DNA of 63,917 nucleotides, the filler included, from Collodictyon triciliatum (lineage: Eukaryota): NCBI GenBank assembly GCA_043381765.1. It is 18 parts of 18 records of this genome, joined end to end, with 100 filler letters (N's around TTAATTAATTAA, not from the genome) between each part and the next. Parts side by side here need not be neighbours in the genome. Positions count along the whole stretch, not along the records: positions 21,270 to 26,116 come from JBHJMP010007317.1; positions 26,217 to 29,657 come from JBHJMP010007318.1; positions 29,758 to 33,198 come from JBHJMP010007319.1; positions 33,299 to 36,738 come from JBHJMP010007320.1; positions 36,839 to 40,277 come from JBHJMP010007321.1; 13 more parts are not named here. One strand, written 5' to 3'. Numbering within the stretch: position 1 is the stretch's first letter; each line of letters starts with the position of its first letter. The notes under the pieces were generated by a model. That model worked only from the letters and a program-made list of their open reading frames with translations, searched no databases and had not been told where the DNA came from. This document shows positions 23,880-36,942 of the stretch, one piece after another. The translations under genes and the position numbers were made by a program.

Positions 23880-25917
23880 AATTAAACCAAGGTATCTGTT
23901 CATAATCTGCAACAAAAGTTGGGCAGAAGCCCGGATTGTCTTGGTCGAAAAACATGTTTGAAACGAAAGGATATCGACAGCAATGCCCGCAACTCCTGCG
24001 ATCTTTTGATAATATGATTTATATTTAGTGGTGTTTTCCACCTCTTTAAAAAAACACTTTTATTTTATGAATATTAAATCGAATAAGGCATTTATGCCCT
24101 ACCTCTTCTGTTGCGAAGATGATATTGGATTTAGAAAATCCGCACATAGCATGGTAATACAGACTATCGTTCCTGTTGGGTTGAATAATCTATAATTCAC
24201 ATTCAAACTTAGATCAGTGAATACGGCTTTGTAATATTCTTAATTTTGCTTTCAACTTACATCTGCATTTCCCCATTCGGCCAACGAGACTTCCAACTTA
24301 TCTTTCAAGCGACTCAACAGAGATTTAGACATATACGCAGTTAGCAAGTCTATGTCGATTTCCTGGTAATTGACATACGCGATAGGAATGGGGCAGAGAG
24401 AAAGAAAGAAGAGAATATGTGGATTAGCCGAAAAATTATAAGATGGCAGGAATTGCGTGATATGATAGTTAATTCACGGTTATAGTTTGTGATGGTCATA
24501 TGAAAAGCTTTGTTTTCAACCTTGGATAGAGAGGAGAAGCAAAACTCTCCTATTATCATAGCAGAGCGATTGAGGAACTCATTTGTCCCTTTTGAAAATA
24601 ACTTGCAGAAAATATCATGCAAGTTCTGGGGTACTGTAATGTAAGCAAAAATATTACTGGAGCTTAATCAAAAACAACAACGAAACTATTAAGATGCTGG
24701 TTTTTTCTTTTGTTCATGTTTTGTGACTAAATAAAATAAACGTAGGTGTAAATACAGATGTTAGAAATAAACCCCGGGTTTTGGGAGTATTAGGCCAAAT
24801 CGTAGCAATTCCTTCCTTTCCGATTTGTGAGAGATAGCACATGATTTCGATTGTTCGATATGCACATAATTTATCTGGTTCAAATAGAAACGGAATCACC
24901 AAGCGAACCTACATTTTTATAGAAGTCCATGATATTCCTAAAATCACAAAAGGGTTCGATTTTTGAGGAAAATAAAATAATCAACAACAGTACGCAATTT
25001 CGATATAAAATAAGGGGGATTTATGCTGTCAAAAAATCAAAGGGCAAACAAGCTCATGATTGTACGCGTATATTCGCCCTTCTGGAACTTGAACGAGTTC
25101 AAACACAGTATCAGCGATAGAGTAACCAAGTTGAGCATTTTTTGAGACCAGTGCATGCATAGTCTTTTGTTCCCAAAAGTGAGAGGGAAAGCAGTTTGTC
25201 TCATGGCAACACAATCGAGCCAATAACCTCGTTGAAGCTGATGTAAGCTTCAGAAGTGAAAAATTTTTAAAAGAAAAAAGGAAAAAAAAGGAAAAAGAAA
25301 AAAAAGAATAGTGGCTAGATTAGTGAAGGAATGTATTTCTCTGGCAATATAATTTATAAAAAAATAAACACGACAATCATGCGAAAATATATGGTCTGTT
25401 TGGCAGATAGGTTGTTCAAATACATGAATCTTTTCGCTTTCCAGCAGCTTCCAAATATTATTATGTATGTCCCACTTTGTTTGGATTCTATACGTATGAA
25501 ATGATTGAAAATTAGATCTGCTATAGTGTTAGTGAGCTTTTGTTTTTAAAGACTTTGGTTTTTTTCCTATGACCAGAAATAGGTATCATCTATATCGCAA
25601 AAATAACATTGCGTACTTATTGAAGACATTAGAATATCGTGTCGAATGTGTGACAAAGTTAATTGCTTCTGCTTGCACAGGACCTTCAACCTGCGGTTTT
25701 CATGATACTGGTCATGGTGATATATGGCGGTACCGATCGTAAAAGTGAAAACGGAAAGTAAAGAAACAGATGTATGAGATGATCGAAATATTTTTTATTC
25801 AACCTAAAAAGAACATTATACCTTTTCAGGGATACCTTGAATCAGTGAGACGATACAATTGCAGACTTTTTCGAGAAGCGTATCATCACCCAGCCCAGAT
25901 AGACTAAGTCTCTCCAT
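23880..25917 (-). CDS. Hypothetical multi-exon helical (ARM/HEAT-like?) protein; 3' end uncertain
   Basis: ATG at 25917 (MERLSLSGLGDDTLLEK); exons ASTRLLARLCCHE...VFELVQVPEGRIYAY, RLVIPFLFEPDKLCAYRTIEIMCYLSQ and LLSRLKDKLE. Confidence 0.4.
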
Positions 25918-26271
25918 CGTTGTTTTTAAGATAACCACAACACTTACACCGACACGCCAGTCTTTATGAACGACAAAATCCTTCGGAAGTGAATCAAACG
26001 TTAATTGCGAAAAAATTTATGCTAAACCTAGAAACTAACGAAAGATATGATAAAAAAGAGAATAAAAAAAAGAGAATAAAAAAAAGAGAATAAAAAAAAG
26101 AGAATAAAAAAAAGAGNNNNNNNNNNNNNNNNNNNNNNNNNNNNNNNNNNNNNNNNNNNNTTAATTAATTAANNNNNNNNNNNNNNNNNNNNNNNNNNNN
26201 NNNNNNNNNNNNNNNNAAAGTACCTCGTTTAACTCTCAAAAAAAAAAAAAAGAGCAGGAACTAAAGGAAAA

Positions 26272-28730
26272 ATGCAAGCTCCCAAGCGACCGCTCGAGGA
26301 GGAAGGAGATGAAACCTTGGAGACGACCGGGCAGTATGTCCTCATTCCTTCAAACAACATACTTTTGGGGGAATCTGAGCGCCACCTGAATAAATCGAGG
26401 GAAGCGTATCCAACCCAAACTGTTCTCTCTCTATTTATTTTCCTGGAAGAATATAATCGCTCATTTTTTTTTTTTTAATGAATCGAATATAAAGGGGAAA
26501 AAAAACGCTCATCTCTATTTGAAACCTTGTGATTATAGGATTGTAGCACAAAGAGCCAAAAAGGCCACCCGAGCTATCCATGGCTTGCCAAATCCCCACC
26601 TCCAAAAACTGAGTGTCGATCACTTGTAAGGCACATTATATCCATTTATTAATTCATTCATTCATTAGTTCAATCACTCGTTCAAAGTGACGTTTCAAAA
26701 TTGAGTTGTTTTTTTTTCTTTTTCTTTACTTTACTTTATCGAGATATTTTTATATTTCGAGTAGCAATTTAACGCAAAATAGACATGGAAAATCCAAAAT
26801 TTTGTCGATAATTATCATGTATGTGAATAGATATCACTTGGGTTTGAAGTCTAGTATGGGATTTCCCTCGATGTTCGGTGATGTCCGGGTATATTCTGCA
26901 CTCCATAGAAACAAATACGGGATTCAAAAAAAAATCATGCAAATACTTAAGCAACACCCGCACATTGTGTCGTGAAATTCATCTTGTCCTCGTTATCATC
27001 TTAATTCAAAAAATGTCCTCTTGAGTACCTACATCAATCGCTATCTATATGTATATTCACTAACTCTTTCCAAAAAAGTACGTTTTGATTGGTGGAAGTG
27101 CATCAAGAATCCGAAAAGTTGCCAAACAAACCTTAAAAGCCCTAGAGGTGAAGTTGCCTTTGGGAGCAGATCTTGTTCCTATCGGAAAATCAGATAGGTA
27201 AGCATAACAGTGTCAACAATAAATGATCTTTTGAGAAAAAAAGACAGAAAACAGAAAAAAAAAGAAGGCAAGTCTGCACTTTGAACATCATGTATACACA
27301 TTTTTTTATATTTGTGGCAAATTTCATTATAGGTATGAGATGTACAAAGTTGGTCCTGTAATCTGCGTGAATGTAATACGAATACCCTCAATATATATTT
27401 TTGATGATGCTCAGCAATAGTGGCGAATGGGTTCAATAATGACATCTTCTACACGAAATATACTTACCTAGAGTTTTATTCTTATGATAAGCATGGAATG
27501 GGGAAACCGTCCTTGAGCATTCTCCTTCATGAATTAGTGAAACTTCTGTACTACTCAGAGGTTTACAAGCCTTTTTAAGATACTGATAGAATCTTTTTTT
27601 GTTCATTTGCTTTTATAGAATATTAAAATGTAAGCTACTCAATTAAAGGTTGAAAATGCCATGATTATTCGCCTTGGAACTTGTGGAGGATTGGGGGTCA
27701 TCCCTGGCACGGTTATCCTGACGACTGAGGCCGTAGACGGAACTTTCCGATCAGTTCATCGCGGTGAATATAATTTTTCTTTATATCATTCTTGATTAAG
27801 TTTCCCAATTATCTTTCTTTCGTTTCATCTTTCTGTTTTCTACCATTTTTCATCTGCCTATTATATATGTTAATTGCGAAAGCATTTTCAAAATGATGTT
27901 GATTAAAAGGTCGATATGTAGCTATTTTCAATTCGACAGCGGAGTTAGCCTAAAACCTAAATCACCTAGTTTGCGAGCTAGGAAAAGTCAACGAATATCC
28001 ATCTGCTTATAATGAAAAAGTAGTTGATGATGTATATGAGTACATCCAGAACCACCATTTTGATGAACTAATTCATCAGTTCCCTGTTGTGAAGGGAAAG
28101 ACCATATGTGCTGATGATTATTACACTGGTAGGAACTTTATTTTTTCTCAATCAAAACAACATATATAGCACAGATTACACACCAACCAAACAGCCATAC
28201 AAAAAAAAAAAAGCAGAATAAAAAGCGTAGCGCATCTGTGGGAAGACATCCAATGTTCTGTTTATTCATATTAAACATATTAAAATGTTGTAAAGGACAA
28301 GCGCGCCTAGACGGCGCTATTTGTGGTTATACTGAGGAGGAGAAAATGGACTACCTCACCAACGCCTATGAAGCCGGAGTTCGTAATTTTGAGATGGAAT
28401 CAATGGTGTTGGCATCATTCACGAAACAAGTTGGGATTCCATCCGCGTGCATGTGTGTGGCGTTCTTAAATCGCCTTGAAGGAGACCAGGTATATATACG
28501 TTTGAGCATCACCCAACAGAAGAAAAGATTCATAACAAATCTGTTGTTCGTGTGAGTTTTTTTTATCCGAGAAAGAGCTTTATATTACATTTGTTGCATC
28601 AATTAACTCCCTCGACCTTTTCATGGCTATCTAGGTTCTTGGGTCTGCCGAGGAATTGGCGGAGTTTGATGAGCGCCCATCATCACTTGCTATCGGTTAC
28701 GTTCGTCACAAGCTTTTGAACAAGGATTAA
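26272..28730 (+). CDS. UPP1: Uridine phosphorylase (UPP1/UPP2-type), multi-exon
   Basis: NPHL...DHL|YHLGL, MFGDVR, GGSASR, KSDR|YEMYKVGP, HGMGKPSLSILLHEL, IRLGTCGGLG, GQARLDGA, GVRNFEMES, LNRLEGDQ. Confidence 0.92.
26458..26512 (+). mobile_element. Family B micro-insertion with CGCTCAT direct repeats
   Basis: TGAATCGAATATAAAGGGG(A)8 lies between CGCTCAT at 26458-26464 and 26506-26512; intronic. Confidence 0.65.
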
Positions 28731-29049
28731 GCATGCCACCAAAGACACATTCAGAGACCCACCGGAGGAAATCCCACAACCCTATCAAAAAAAATGATGA
28801 TCTCTGGGTCTGTGTCTAATTCAATGCTGTGGGATATCTCTCGACATTAAAGATTGTTGTCATCCAACGGTCATCACATAAATAAAATCAACCCACAGAA
28901 GAAAAATAGGAGATAACGTTCGTTTTTACCTCGCTGTAGATTAGCATATATATTGTTGTTATTGCGCAAGCAAGAGAGATATTTCGTTTTGCGGTATTAT
29001 GCTGATCTTTACCACAACTGTGACTGATATCAAAAACACTATTCTTTAT

Positions 29050-29657
29050 TTATGGCTTTGGGGGCGAATCTGAGGGAATATCAGACGAAAAGTATTCGCG
29101 GTATGCGCCAAGGAATCCAATCTGCTTCTTGCGAACATCCAGTTCAAGCTTTTCCTGCACATCAAAGAAGCATCGTTGAGCGAAAGTTGCAGGAATATAT
29201 AAAATTAAGTGCATTTTTCAAGAATGATGAATAAAAAGGGAGTCTGCATTATTGTCTTATATTTTTTTCTTTTCGTTTTCCTTTTATTTTCCTACCTGCT
29301 GTCTCAGGCAATTGTAGTAGTCCTTTCGGAACGGGGCGCGGCAGTCGTTGTATCCGTACTTTTCGATGCACCGCTCCCATATATCGTACATGCGCTGGCA
29401 TTCAACTCTGTTCACAGCAGCTTTCTCTTTGGCAGCTAGCAGCGGAGCAAGGAAATGTATGAGTGTGGGGGCTTCCGGTGGCTCAAAATAAAAATAAAAA
29501 GAAAGGTTCTTCCTTTGTGCGCAGAGCGAAAGTGATGCCTGATGGACAAGAAGGCTTCTGACCAGAAAAGTGAACTGCAAGGAAATAACATCGGCAAGTA
29601 TAGTAAGAATGGAACCTAGGACTTCGGAGTTTGGCTGCGAAGCTTGTCCGCGTGGCT
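29050..29657 (-). CDS. Small twin-Cx9C-type protein, NDUFS5-like (complex I), 5' partial
   Basis: ECQRMYDIWERCIEKYGYNDCRAPFRKDYYNCLRQQ|TFAQR (Cx9C...Cx10C with a DYxxCL motif); spliced. Confidence 0.5.
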
Positions 29658-29757
29658 NNNNNNNNNNNNNNNNNNNNNNNNNNNNNNNNNNNNNNNNNNN
29701 NTTAATTAATTAANNNNNNNNNNNNNNNNNNNNNNNNNNNNNNNNNNNNNNNNNNNN

Positions 29758-32700
29758 CTCTTTACGAATCGATCAACTAGTTGCCACAGAAGCGAACAGT
29801 AAGGATTATCTAAAGAATTCCAGTATTCGATATCAATCCTTTTCTTTCTTATTTTTATGTTTTTATATTATTTAAAAAAAAATCGTATATTTCATTTTTA
29901 TTAATCTTGATGCACACTCAACAATCTAAATGTGGATTTATTGTGAACGATCTCTTAGATTTAGAACTTCATCTTTCACATTCAAATTTACTGGATGGGA
30001 CTGCTTCACTTTTTGTACTGGAGCTAAAAGATATGTCTCTACATGACATACGTGGTGCTGAGAGCAACATCTACAAAGACATAATACATATCGGGAAAAG
30101 GTCAGCCTTACTCCCCGAGATTCAAGTATCGAAATTAAATGAGAGAGGAAAAGCTCTTGTTTTCAGTGCTCAGAGGAACTATGACGGTGCAATTACAGTC
30201 GATGCTGAAATCTTCCAGCCAGTTGTTTCCATTATCCCCGACTTCATCGATGATGTATTGAATTTCTCTTTCAGCTTCATAGAGGACCTGAAAGCAGATA
30301 TAGCTTCTAGCCAAAACAGCGATGGTTCAACAGATGTTGAATCAAACATGAATGATGCTGGTAGTGCGACTAGCAAAATATATAGACAAGATAAAAAGAT
30401 AACTGATATACCTGAGTTGAACGCAAAACTCAAAGTAGCCAACTTGACCTTTCAGCTGGTGGAAGACCCTTCCAAAATGGTACAGTTTAAATTTAACTTC
30501 CTCAATCGGTCATTCCACAAATACACTTATGTATTGGACATATTTTTAACCTATCGATGTACAATTTATACTTTGCTTTAATATCATTTAGACCACCAAC
30601 GGTGTCATTGGATATTCCTACATAGAGAGCACAATTCGAATTACAAACTTATCTCGTGATTTTGAAATCATTTTCTCAAATATATCCATTTTTTCTGCGC
30701 TGATGAGACCAAATCCTTCTCATCCAACACCACTTTTGAAGCCAATGGACATTAAAGTGCAGTACAATGAGAGCCATAAAATTTTATCGTTGACAAATGT
30801 TAGTGGTGGGCGAGTGTCCTCGTCACAGGCTAGCTCTTCAAGTGGTATAACCCAGCGTGTCGTCTCGGTTGGCACTTTAATCCTTGACTTTGGGAAATTG
30901 GACATATCCTTAGCATATAGTGATATCCAGATATTACTCATAATTGCAAAGCAGTTCAAGAAAATTAAAGTATGTACTTTTGCATGAATTCCGTTCGTAT
31001 GTGCATTAACTCTCTTTTCATGAATCTATTTCTTCGAGTAAGAAAACATATCTACATGTGTTTTTGATATCTCCACCAAATTTAAGACTCTGATTTTTGG
31101 GAAAACAATCAAACATAAAAGCCGCCTGAGCCCGATGTAGAAGATATAGAAAACGAGTATGAGCCAACAGAGTCAGTCTCAGTCGAACCACCAAAACCTA
31201 AGCGAAATGCGAAACTGGACAAGGTTTAATTGTATATTCTAACACAACTATTTTTAAAATTCGCTACCGAGATAATGGACTCTTAATACAAATTCGTTTA
31301 CTCCTTTCAGAAAATGTAATCAACACAATAATATAGATTGTTGCCAGTTTCAGTGGTGTTTCTTTTGGCATTTTTAACAATATATACGGGTCTGGTCACC
31401 GCATACCAGTCTTTTCTGCATCTTTGGATGTTGATGTTAGTTAATTTTGATAATTCACATTTTTATATGGTTCTGTTCAATATATCTCTATTTGATTGTC
31501 CACGTTAATGCTATCTTGTATTGAATTGTATTTGTATTATTTATATTTCATCTTTCTTTACCTATACTTAAAAATGTAACGTTAAAAACATGATGATAAT
31601 CAAATACCCAATTTTTGCACTACAGCCTCTTCAAATTAGTGGACTCTCTGGTGCAGACGATGTTAACAGTCGCTTCACTATCAAAGGCAAGTGCGAGTAT
31701 TACAACGAGGATATGTCTTCATGGGAGGTAAAAATAAAATAAAATAATTATGTCATAATCAGGTGCCAAGATATTCATTTAAATATAATTTTATGAAGTC
31801 ATAAGGATGATTATGTGGTGATTTTCTTAAAAATGAAATTGGTATAGCCAATTATCGAACCCTTTTCGTTGGATATAACATATGACCGAGAGAGTGAGGT
31901 TTCTGCATTCTCTGTTTCTTTCCCAAGACAGCTGAATATTAACGCGAGTCAAAATATGATGAGAACTCTTGCTCGAGCGGTGAAAGCCGTAAAAGCTGCA
32001 AATGTACCATCTCGTGCATCATTACAGACCAGACAGACCACAAGCGACTATTTTCCATTTTACTTCCACAACCAAACCGGCGCTCTTGTGGTATTGGCTG
32101 ATAAATATACACTTTCGCCTGACGAGAAGGTAAATGTTTAATATACGATTATGTAAGTCCATAGTCCTCGAAATTTCACATTTTGGAACTTTTCTATTAC
32201 GTGAATATGTGAACATGTGAACATGGAATCTTAATGTACTTATCTAATTTGCATGAAGCTACCCTTGAAAGAAGATTTTCGTACTTCTATTCATGGAAGC
32301 GGTACGAAAGGGACGCTTGTGATAGACCTATACATTCCGAATATCACCGAGCCCGTCCGATATAAATGCAAACTCTTTGATAGGTAATGCATCGGATATT
32401 GTGCAAAAGAGATAGCAAGTAGCCCTTTTTTCTTACTTTTTTTTTATCTTCCTCATTTTTTTAAATAAAAAAATTAGTTCGGGTAGCAGCTGTTTGACAA
32501 GCACATACTTGAATGGGCCCAAGCTATATTATGAGGTAAACGAGAGGGGAAAGAAAAAGACTTTGACATATTTCCTGAGAAATAATTTTAGAATAAGTTA
32601 ATTATGATATATGTATCCTATAATACAATATGCTGCTATTTTTCTTTTCGTTAGTTTATATCCACCACTTAATAATAAGAGTAATTGATACATCCTGAAG

Positions 32701-33060
32701 GTCAAGAACATCGACAGCACTAAATATATTACGATTCGGTCTCTTGGTTGCTTTTACAATAACACAAATCATACCGTTGATATCAAGCTTATTCACGAAG
32801 ATGAGGTTTAGATTATATTGAGGGAAAAACACATATATTATGTGACAATTGATGTTTTTTGTTTTCGGTTATTTGTTCTTTGTTCTTTGTTCTTTGTTAT
32901 GTAATTTCCATTTTAAAACACAGGAATTATGTGTGATTGGGACAGTCAGGCCAAATGAATATCGTGGAATACCTGTAAGTATCAACCGAGGAAACATCCA
33001 CGTTAAATTTTCTAACCGAGGGTTTACCTGGACTGAGAAATCGGACGAGATTCGGTTATT
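29758..33060 (+). CDS. VPS13: VPS13-family bridge-like lipid transfer protein, internal fragment
   Basis: LTFQLVEDP, LAYSDIQIL, EYYNEDMSSWE|PIIEPF, LNINAS, PFYFHNQTG, KYITIRS...NNT (start of the VAB/SHR-BD region). Confidence 0.82.
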
Positions 33061-33594
33061 TTTATAGCCCATTTTGATCATGTTTTTTTATTTTTATTCT
33101 TTTATTCTTTCTTTTTATTCTTTCTTTTTATTCTTTCTTTTTATTCTTTCTTTTTATTCTTTCTTTTTATTCTTTCTTTTTATTCTTTCTTTTTATTCNN
33201 NNNNNNNNNNNNNNNNNNNNNNNNNNNNNNNNNNNNNNNNNNTTAATTAATTAANNNNNNNNNNNNNNNNNNNNNNNNNNNNNNNNNNNNNNNNNNNNCA
33301 TGAATTTGAGAGGGATACTCAACTCTGAAAACTAATGGCAAAGATAAGTCATGCCACCGGATGAATCACGTTTGCATAAATATTAAAAGAATAAAAAAAA
33401 AAAAAAGGAAAATAAACTAACTACTCTTGTCTACTCTACTGACTGCTCGTTTTGTAATTTAAAAAGAATATCTTGATTTGTTAAATTCTTTCAAACCTTA
33501 TCACTATTGAATAAAATGGGTAATAGCATTGTGTTGCTAGTCATTTGGGTTTTATTTTTATTTAAAAGTTTGAAATAATTGTCATGCGCTCTAC

Positions 33595-35921
33595 TTATGA
33601 AGTAGTATATCCTGCCGCATTGTCGGATGGTTTTGATTCATCTGGCCAAGGCGATCCTTTTGCAAGAACCTGTGACGAAACAAAAAAAAATTCATAGGAT
33701 GTTTATATATGAATATTAATAACTTTTTTTTTCCTTTATTCGATTCAAAGTGCAGCGAGGTTATGCCAATGAATATCAATAACTTTACAATGGTATTGAC
33801 ATTCTTGTGTAAATACCCTTGTTTACTTTTTTAAAAAAGAAAAAGAAAAAGAGAGAGAGGCGCTAGAGTGTTAGAAATAAACTGCAAATGTTACCTGTCT
33901 CGCATTGATATTAATTCGATTATTCTTTATGTATGTATGACAAGTATCCCAACTTGGGGTATCCGATTCTAAAAGAAAGAAACAAACATGAGTATATGTC
34001 AAAATCAAACCGCGACTGAGTTCGGTTTATTGCGTGATTTACTTCATTTACTTATTTTTATTTGTTACCGGGTTACGCTGTTTAAAATCAATAAATACAA
34101 GTAGAGAGAAACAATTTAAAATAATGTAAATCACCTGTAATTATGGAATCAGAGTATAATGTTTTACGAAAGAGTGTATATCTACAAAGGGGTATAAGAA
34201 AGTGTTGCATTACCCTCTTCATAATGAGATGGACAAGAATCAGATATTATCCGTGGTACTCCTGTAAGAACAAAAAAAAAAATGATGCAAGTAATAAAGA
34301 GACCATTTTAATTCAATTAAATGTAACCTCATCAAAACGCCAATATATTACCAAATTACATGATTCATTCAAAGGCCAGCAGCCATTAGGACGGAAAATA
34401 ACATGATAATGGAGAAAACGCGAAAGAATGCATATGCAAGAAATAAATAAAGAATAAACCATGATAACAAAGCCGAAACTTCCCAGACATGACTACAACA
34501 TCTCCATCATACACAAAAAGAGGTATTGGCTCTATGTCCTTCGTTTCTCCTCCCAACAAGAAAACTGCACTATTTCCTAAACTGTGATAAGTTGGATGCA
34601 TTAATTCCACATATCATTTCATGTGTGTATGTCCCGCATCATGCACATCATATCTTCAATTTTGGAATACGATATGTGGTGGATGTGGTAAATATATAAC
34701 CTTATGGATACAATGGGGAATTGAAAGTCAAACTCTGAATCGTCTAAATGACCTCCTAGAGTAGAACCTGGTAACCAAGGTATCAACATTTTTTTCCTTT
34801 ATTCAAACCAAGGTATCATCATAATTCAAAAGATTATTCCGTAGCTATGTTAATTTGAATCACTTATCGTTTAAAAAGAACAAGACGCAAAAATCGATAA
34901 AGAAAGAAACATGCGTGTACCACGTGATGCACATAAACAAGAATATAGTATAAATAAATTTAAAAAAATAAAAGGAACAGGATAGAATGTGAGTTTCCAG
35001 AGAATCAAGGGAGTATACCTTTTGGGTAGTAATTAACTATGGTTGCCTGAGGAATAAAGTCTAGGTCTATCAATCGCGCGATTGAAGAGCAAATGGTGGA
35101 AAGGTCATCAGGGTATGAATGGTCCTTTTGTGGCGGGTAGAGTCGTTTTGTCCAGTCATAGTGATAGCCGAGTGTAATCCACCGCAACTTAGGGGGGATG
35201 GTGGCTGCAGACTGTGGCGGCACGATTCCGATATTGCTCGGGTTTCCAGTAGGGTAGTCTAAAAGACATCTCTTCACAAGGTGTCTTTTGACCTGGTTTG
35301 TTAATGCATTGGGGATGACAAAAAGCCCTTTCGACCCACCGCAGTCGCGAAGCCAAAGTTTATGAATAAAAAGGGTAAAGTGAAAAGGGGAATCACACGA
35401 GAGGATACTTTAGAAAGAAATACTCAGCGATGCATACATTATTATAACCTAACCACGCATATACTAATATATATGAAAGGAGAAATATGCACAGGAAATA
35501 GATGAAATATTTATGAACTTGAGTATCTAATTGTTTACTAAAACAAGATATGGAATAGAGTTACAGATATCTGCATACCTGGGTGTTGTGGAAACCAAAC
35601 AACAGGGGCACTTTCCAAATGCTTATTCCAACCCAAGCCCCATGAATATCTCTCTTCGGGGAATTCAATCGTCTGTTTGACTGCCTGTAATTCGAGCTGC
35701 GTCCGCCTCAGACGCTCGTTGCAAAGGCAAAATGGACGCCCAGCAACGAAGGCCCGAACATCCACAACATCACTAAAGTCTGTCGCCTTTTGCGCATATT
35801 CCTTATACCGCTTCTCTGCTTGTCGAAAGGCACTTGCTTTTGCTGTGGTTGATGTTTGAGGCGCTGCCATTTCTGCCCCATCCTCATTTTCAACCTTGCG
35901 TTTCCCACTACTTTCTGCCAT
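33595..35921 (-). CDS. ALKBH1: AlkB homolog 1 Fe(II)/2-oxoglutarate dioxygenase, spliced
   Basis: KLRWITLGYHYDW, IVNYYP, TLGGHLDDSE (HxD), SLGNSAVFLLGG, GDVVVMSGKFRLCYH|GVPRI, RININARQ|V. Confidence 0.93.
33709..33786 (-). mobile_element. 42-bp family B insertion with 18-bp TSD (1 mismatch)
   Basis: ATGAATATTAATAACTTT / ATGAATATCAATAACTTT flank TTTTTTCCTTTATTCGATTCAAAGTGCAGCGAGGTTATGCCA; in the last ALKBH1 intron. Confidence 0.85.
34773..34818 (-). mobile_element. 20-bp truncated family B insertion with perfect 13-bp TSD AACCAAGGTATCA
   Basis: Repeat at 34773-34785 and 34806-34818 flanks ACATTTTTTTCCTTTATTCA. Confidence 0.75.
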
Positions 35922-36649
35922 CCAATTTTATAAGCAGAGACTCCTGTTCTGCTTAAAAGTGAGTGCTTCTAGAGTATTTGGGTTTTTTTTCTCTATTATT
36001 ATTTGGGTTTTTTTTTGTTTTCAGTAATACTATAAACCTCTTGTTTGCGAGGTTGTGTGTATTTATTATGTGGCCGAACTCCGTGTCATTGCTGCGCCTG
36101 CTAAACGCTGCGGTGCGACTACCATCACATGAAGAGTGTAATCAAATACGGACGTATTTACGGGAACAGTGATGATGGGGAAGTGATGATGGAAAAGTGA
36201 TGATGGAAAAGGTGCTGCAGTTCGCCTGCCTCTGTTGCGGTGATAGAGCCAAAGCGATAAAGTAGAAGTTAACGCATGGGAGAGAACCAAACAAAAGCAA
36301 CAGCGTTTTGTGGACAAGAGGTTTATTGCAGCTTCTTCCTTAATCTTTGAAGTTTTCTGTTTTGAGGGAGAAACTCGCAAGAAACGCGAGTTGTCAAGCA
36401 GACAAGCGAAGGTGGCGATGCAAGAACGAAGAGATTAGATGAGTGAGATGGAATGGCACAGACAAAAGAAAAAAAGAGAGAAGGGAATGGGGTGTGTGAC
36501 AAACAATTCGAGTGGGGATGACACAAGGCCATGAAGCAAAACAAGACACATAAGCGATTTTGTAATTCGCAAAGGAATAAATGTGGTATCCGTATCCATC
36601 AGCCGTCGATTCCATTATTCGAAGAGTGATAACGTTCCCGCCCTCCTTA

Positions 36650-36687
<38 letters not shown>

Positions 36688-36942
36688 CCATTCAGTCTAG
36701 CGAGGGGGCTGACATGCGGGGGGGCTGTTTTTGGCGGGNNNNNNNNNNNNNNNNNNNNNNNNNNNNNNNNNNNNNNNNNNNNTTAATTAATTAANNNNNN
36801 NNNNNNNNNNNNNNNNNNNNNNNNNNNNNNNNNNNNNNTATTTTTATTTTTATTTTTATTTTTATTTTTATTTTTATTTTTATTTTTATTTTTATTTTTA
36901 TTTTTATTTTTATTTTTATTTTTATTTTTATTTTTATTTTAG

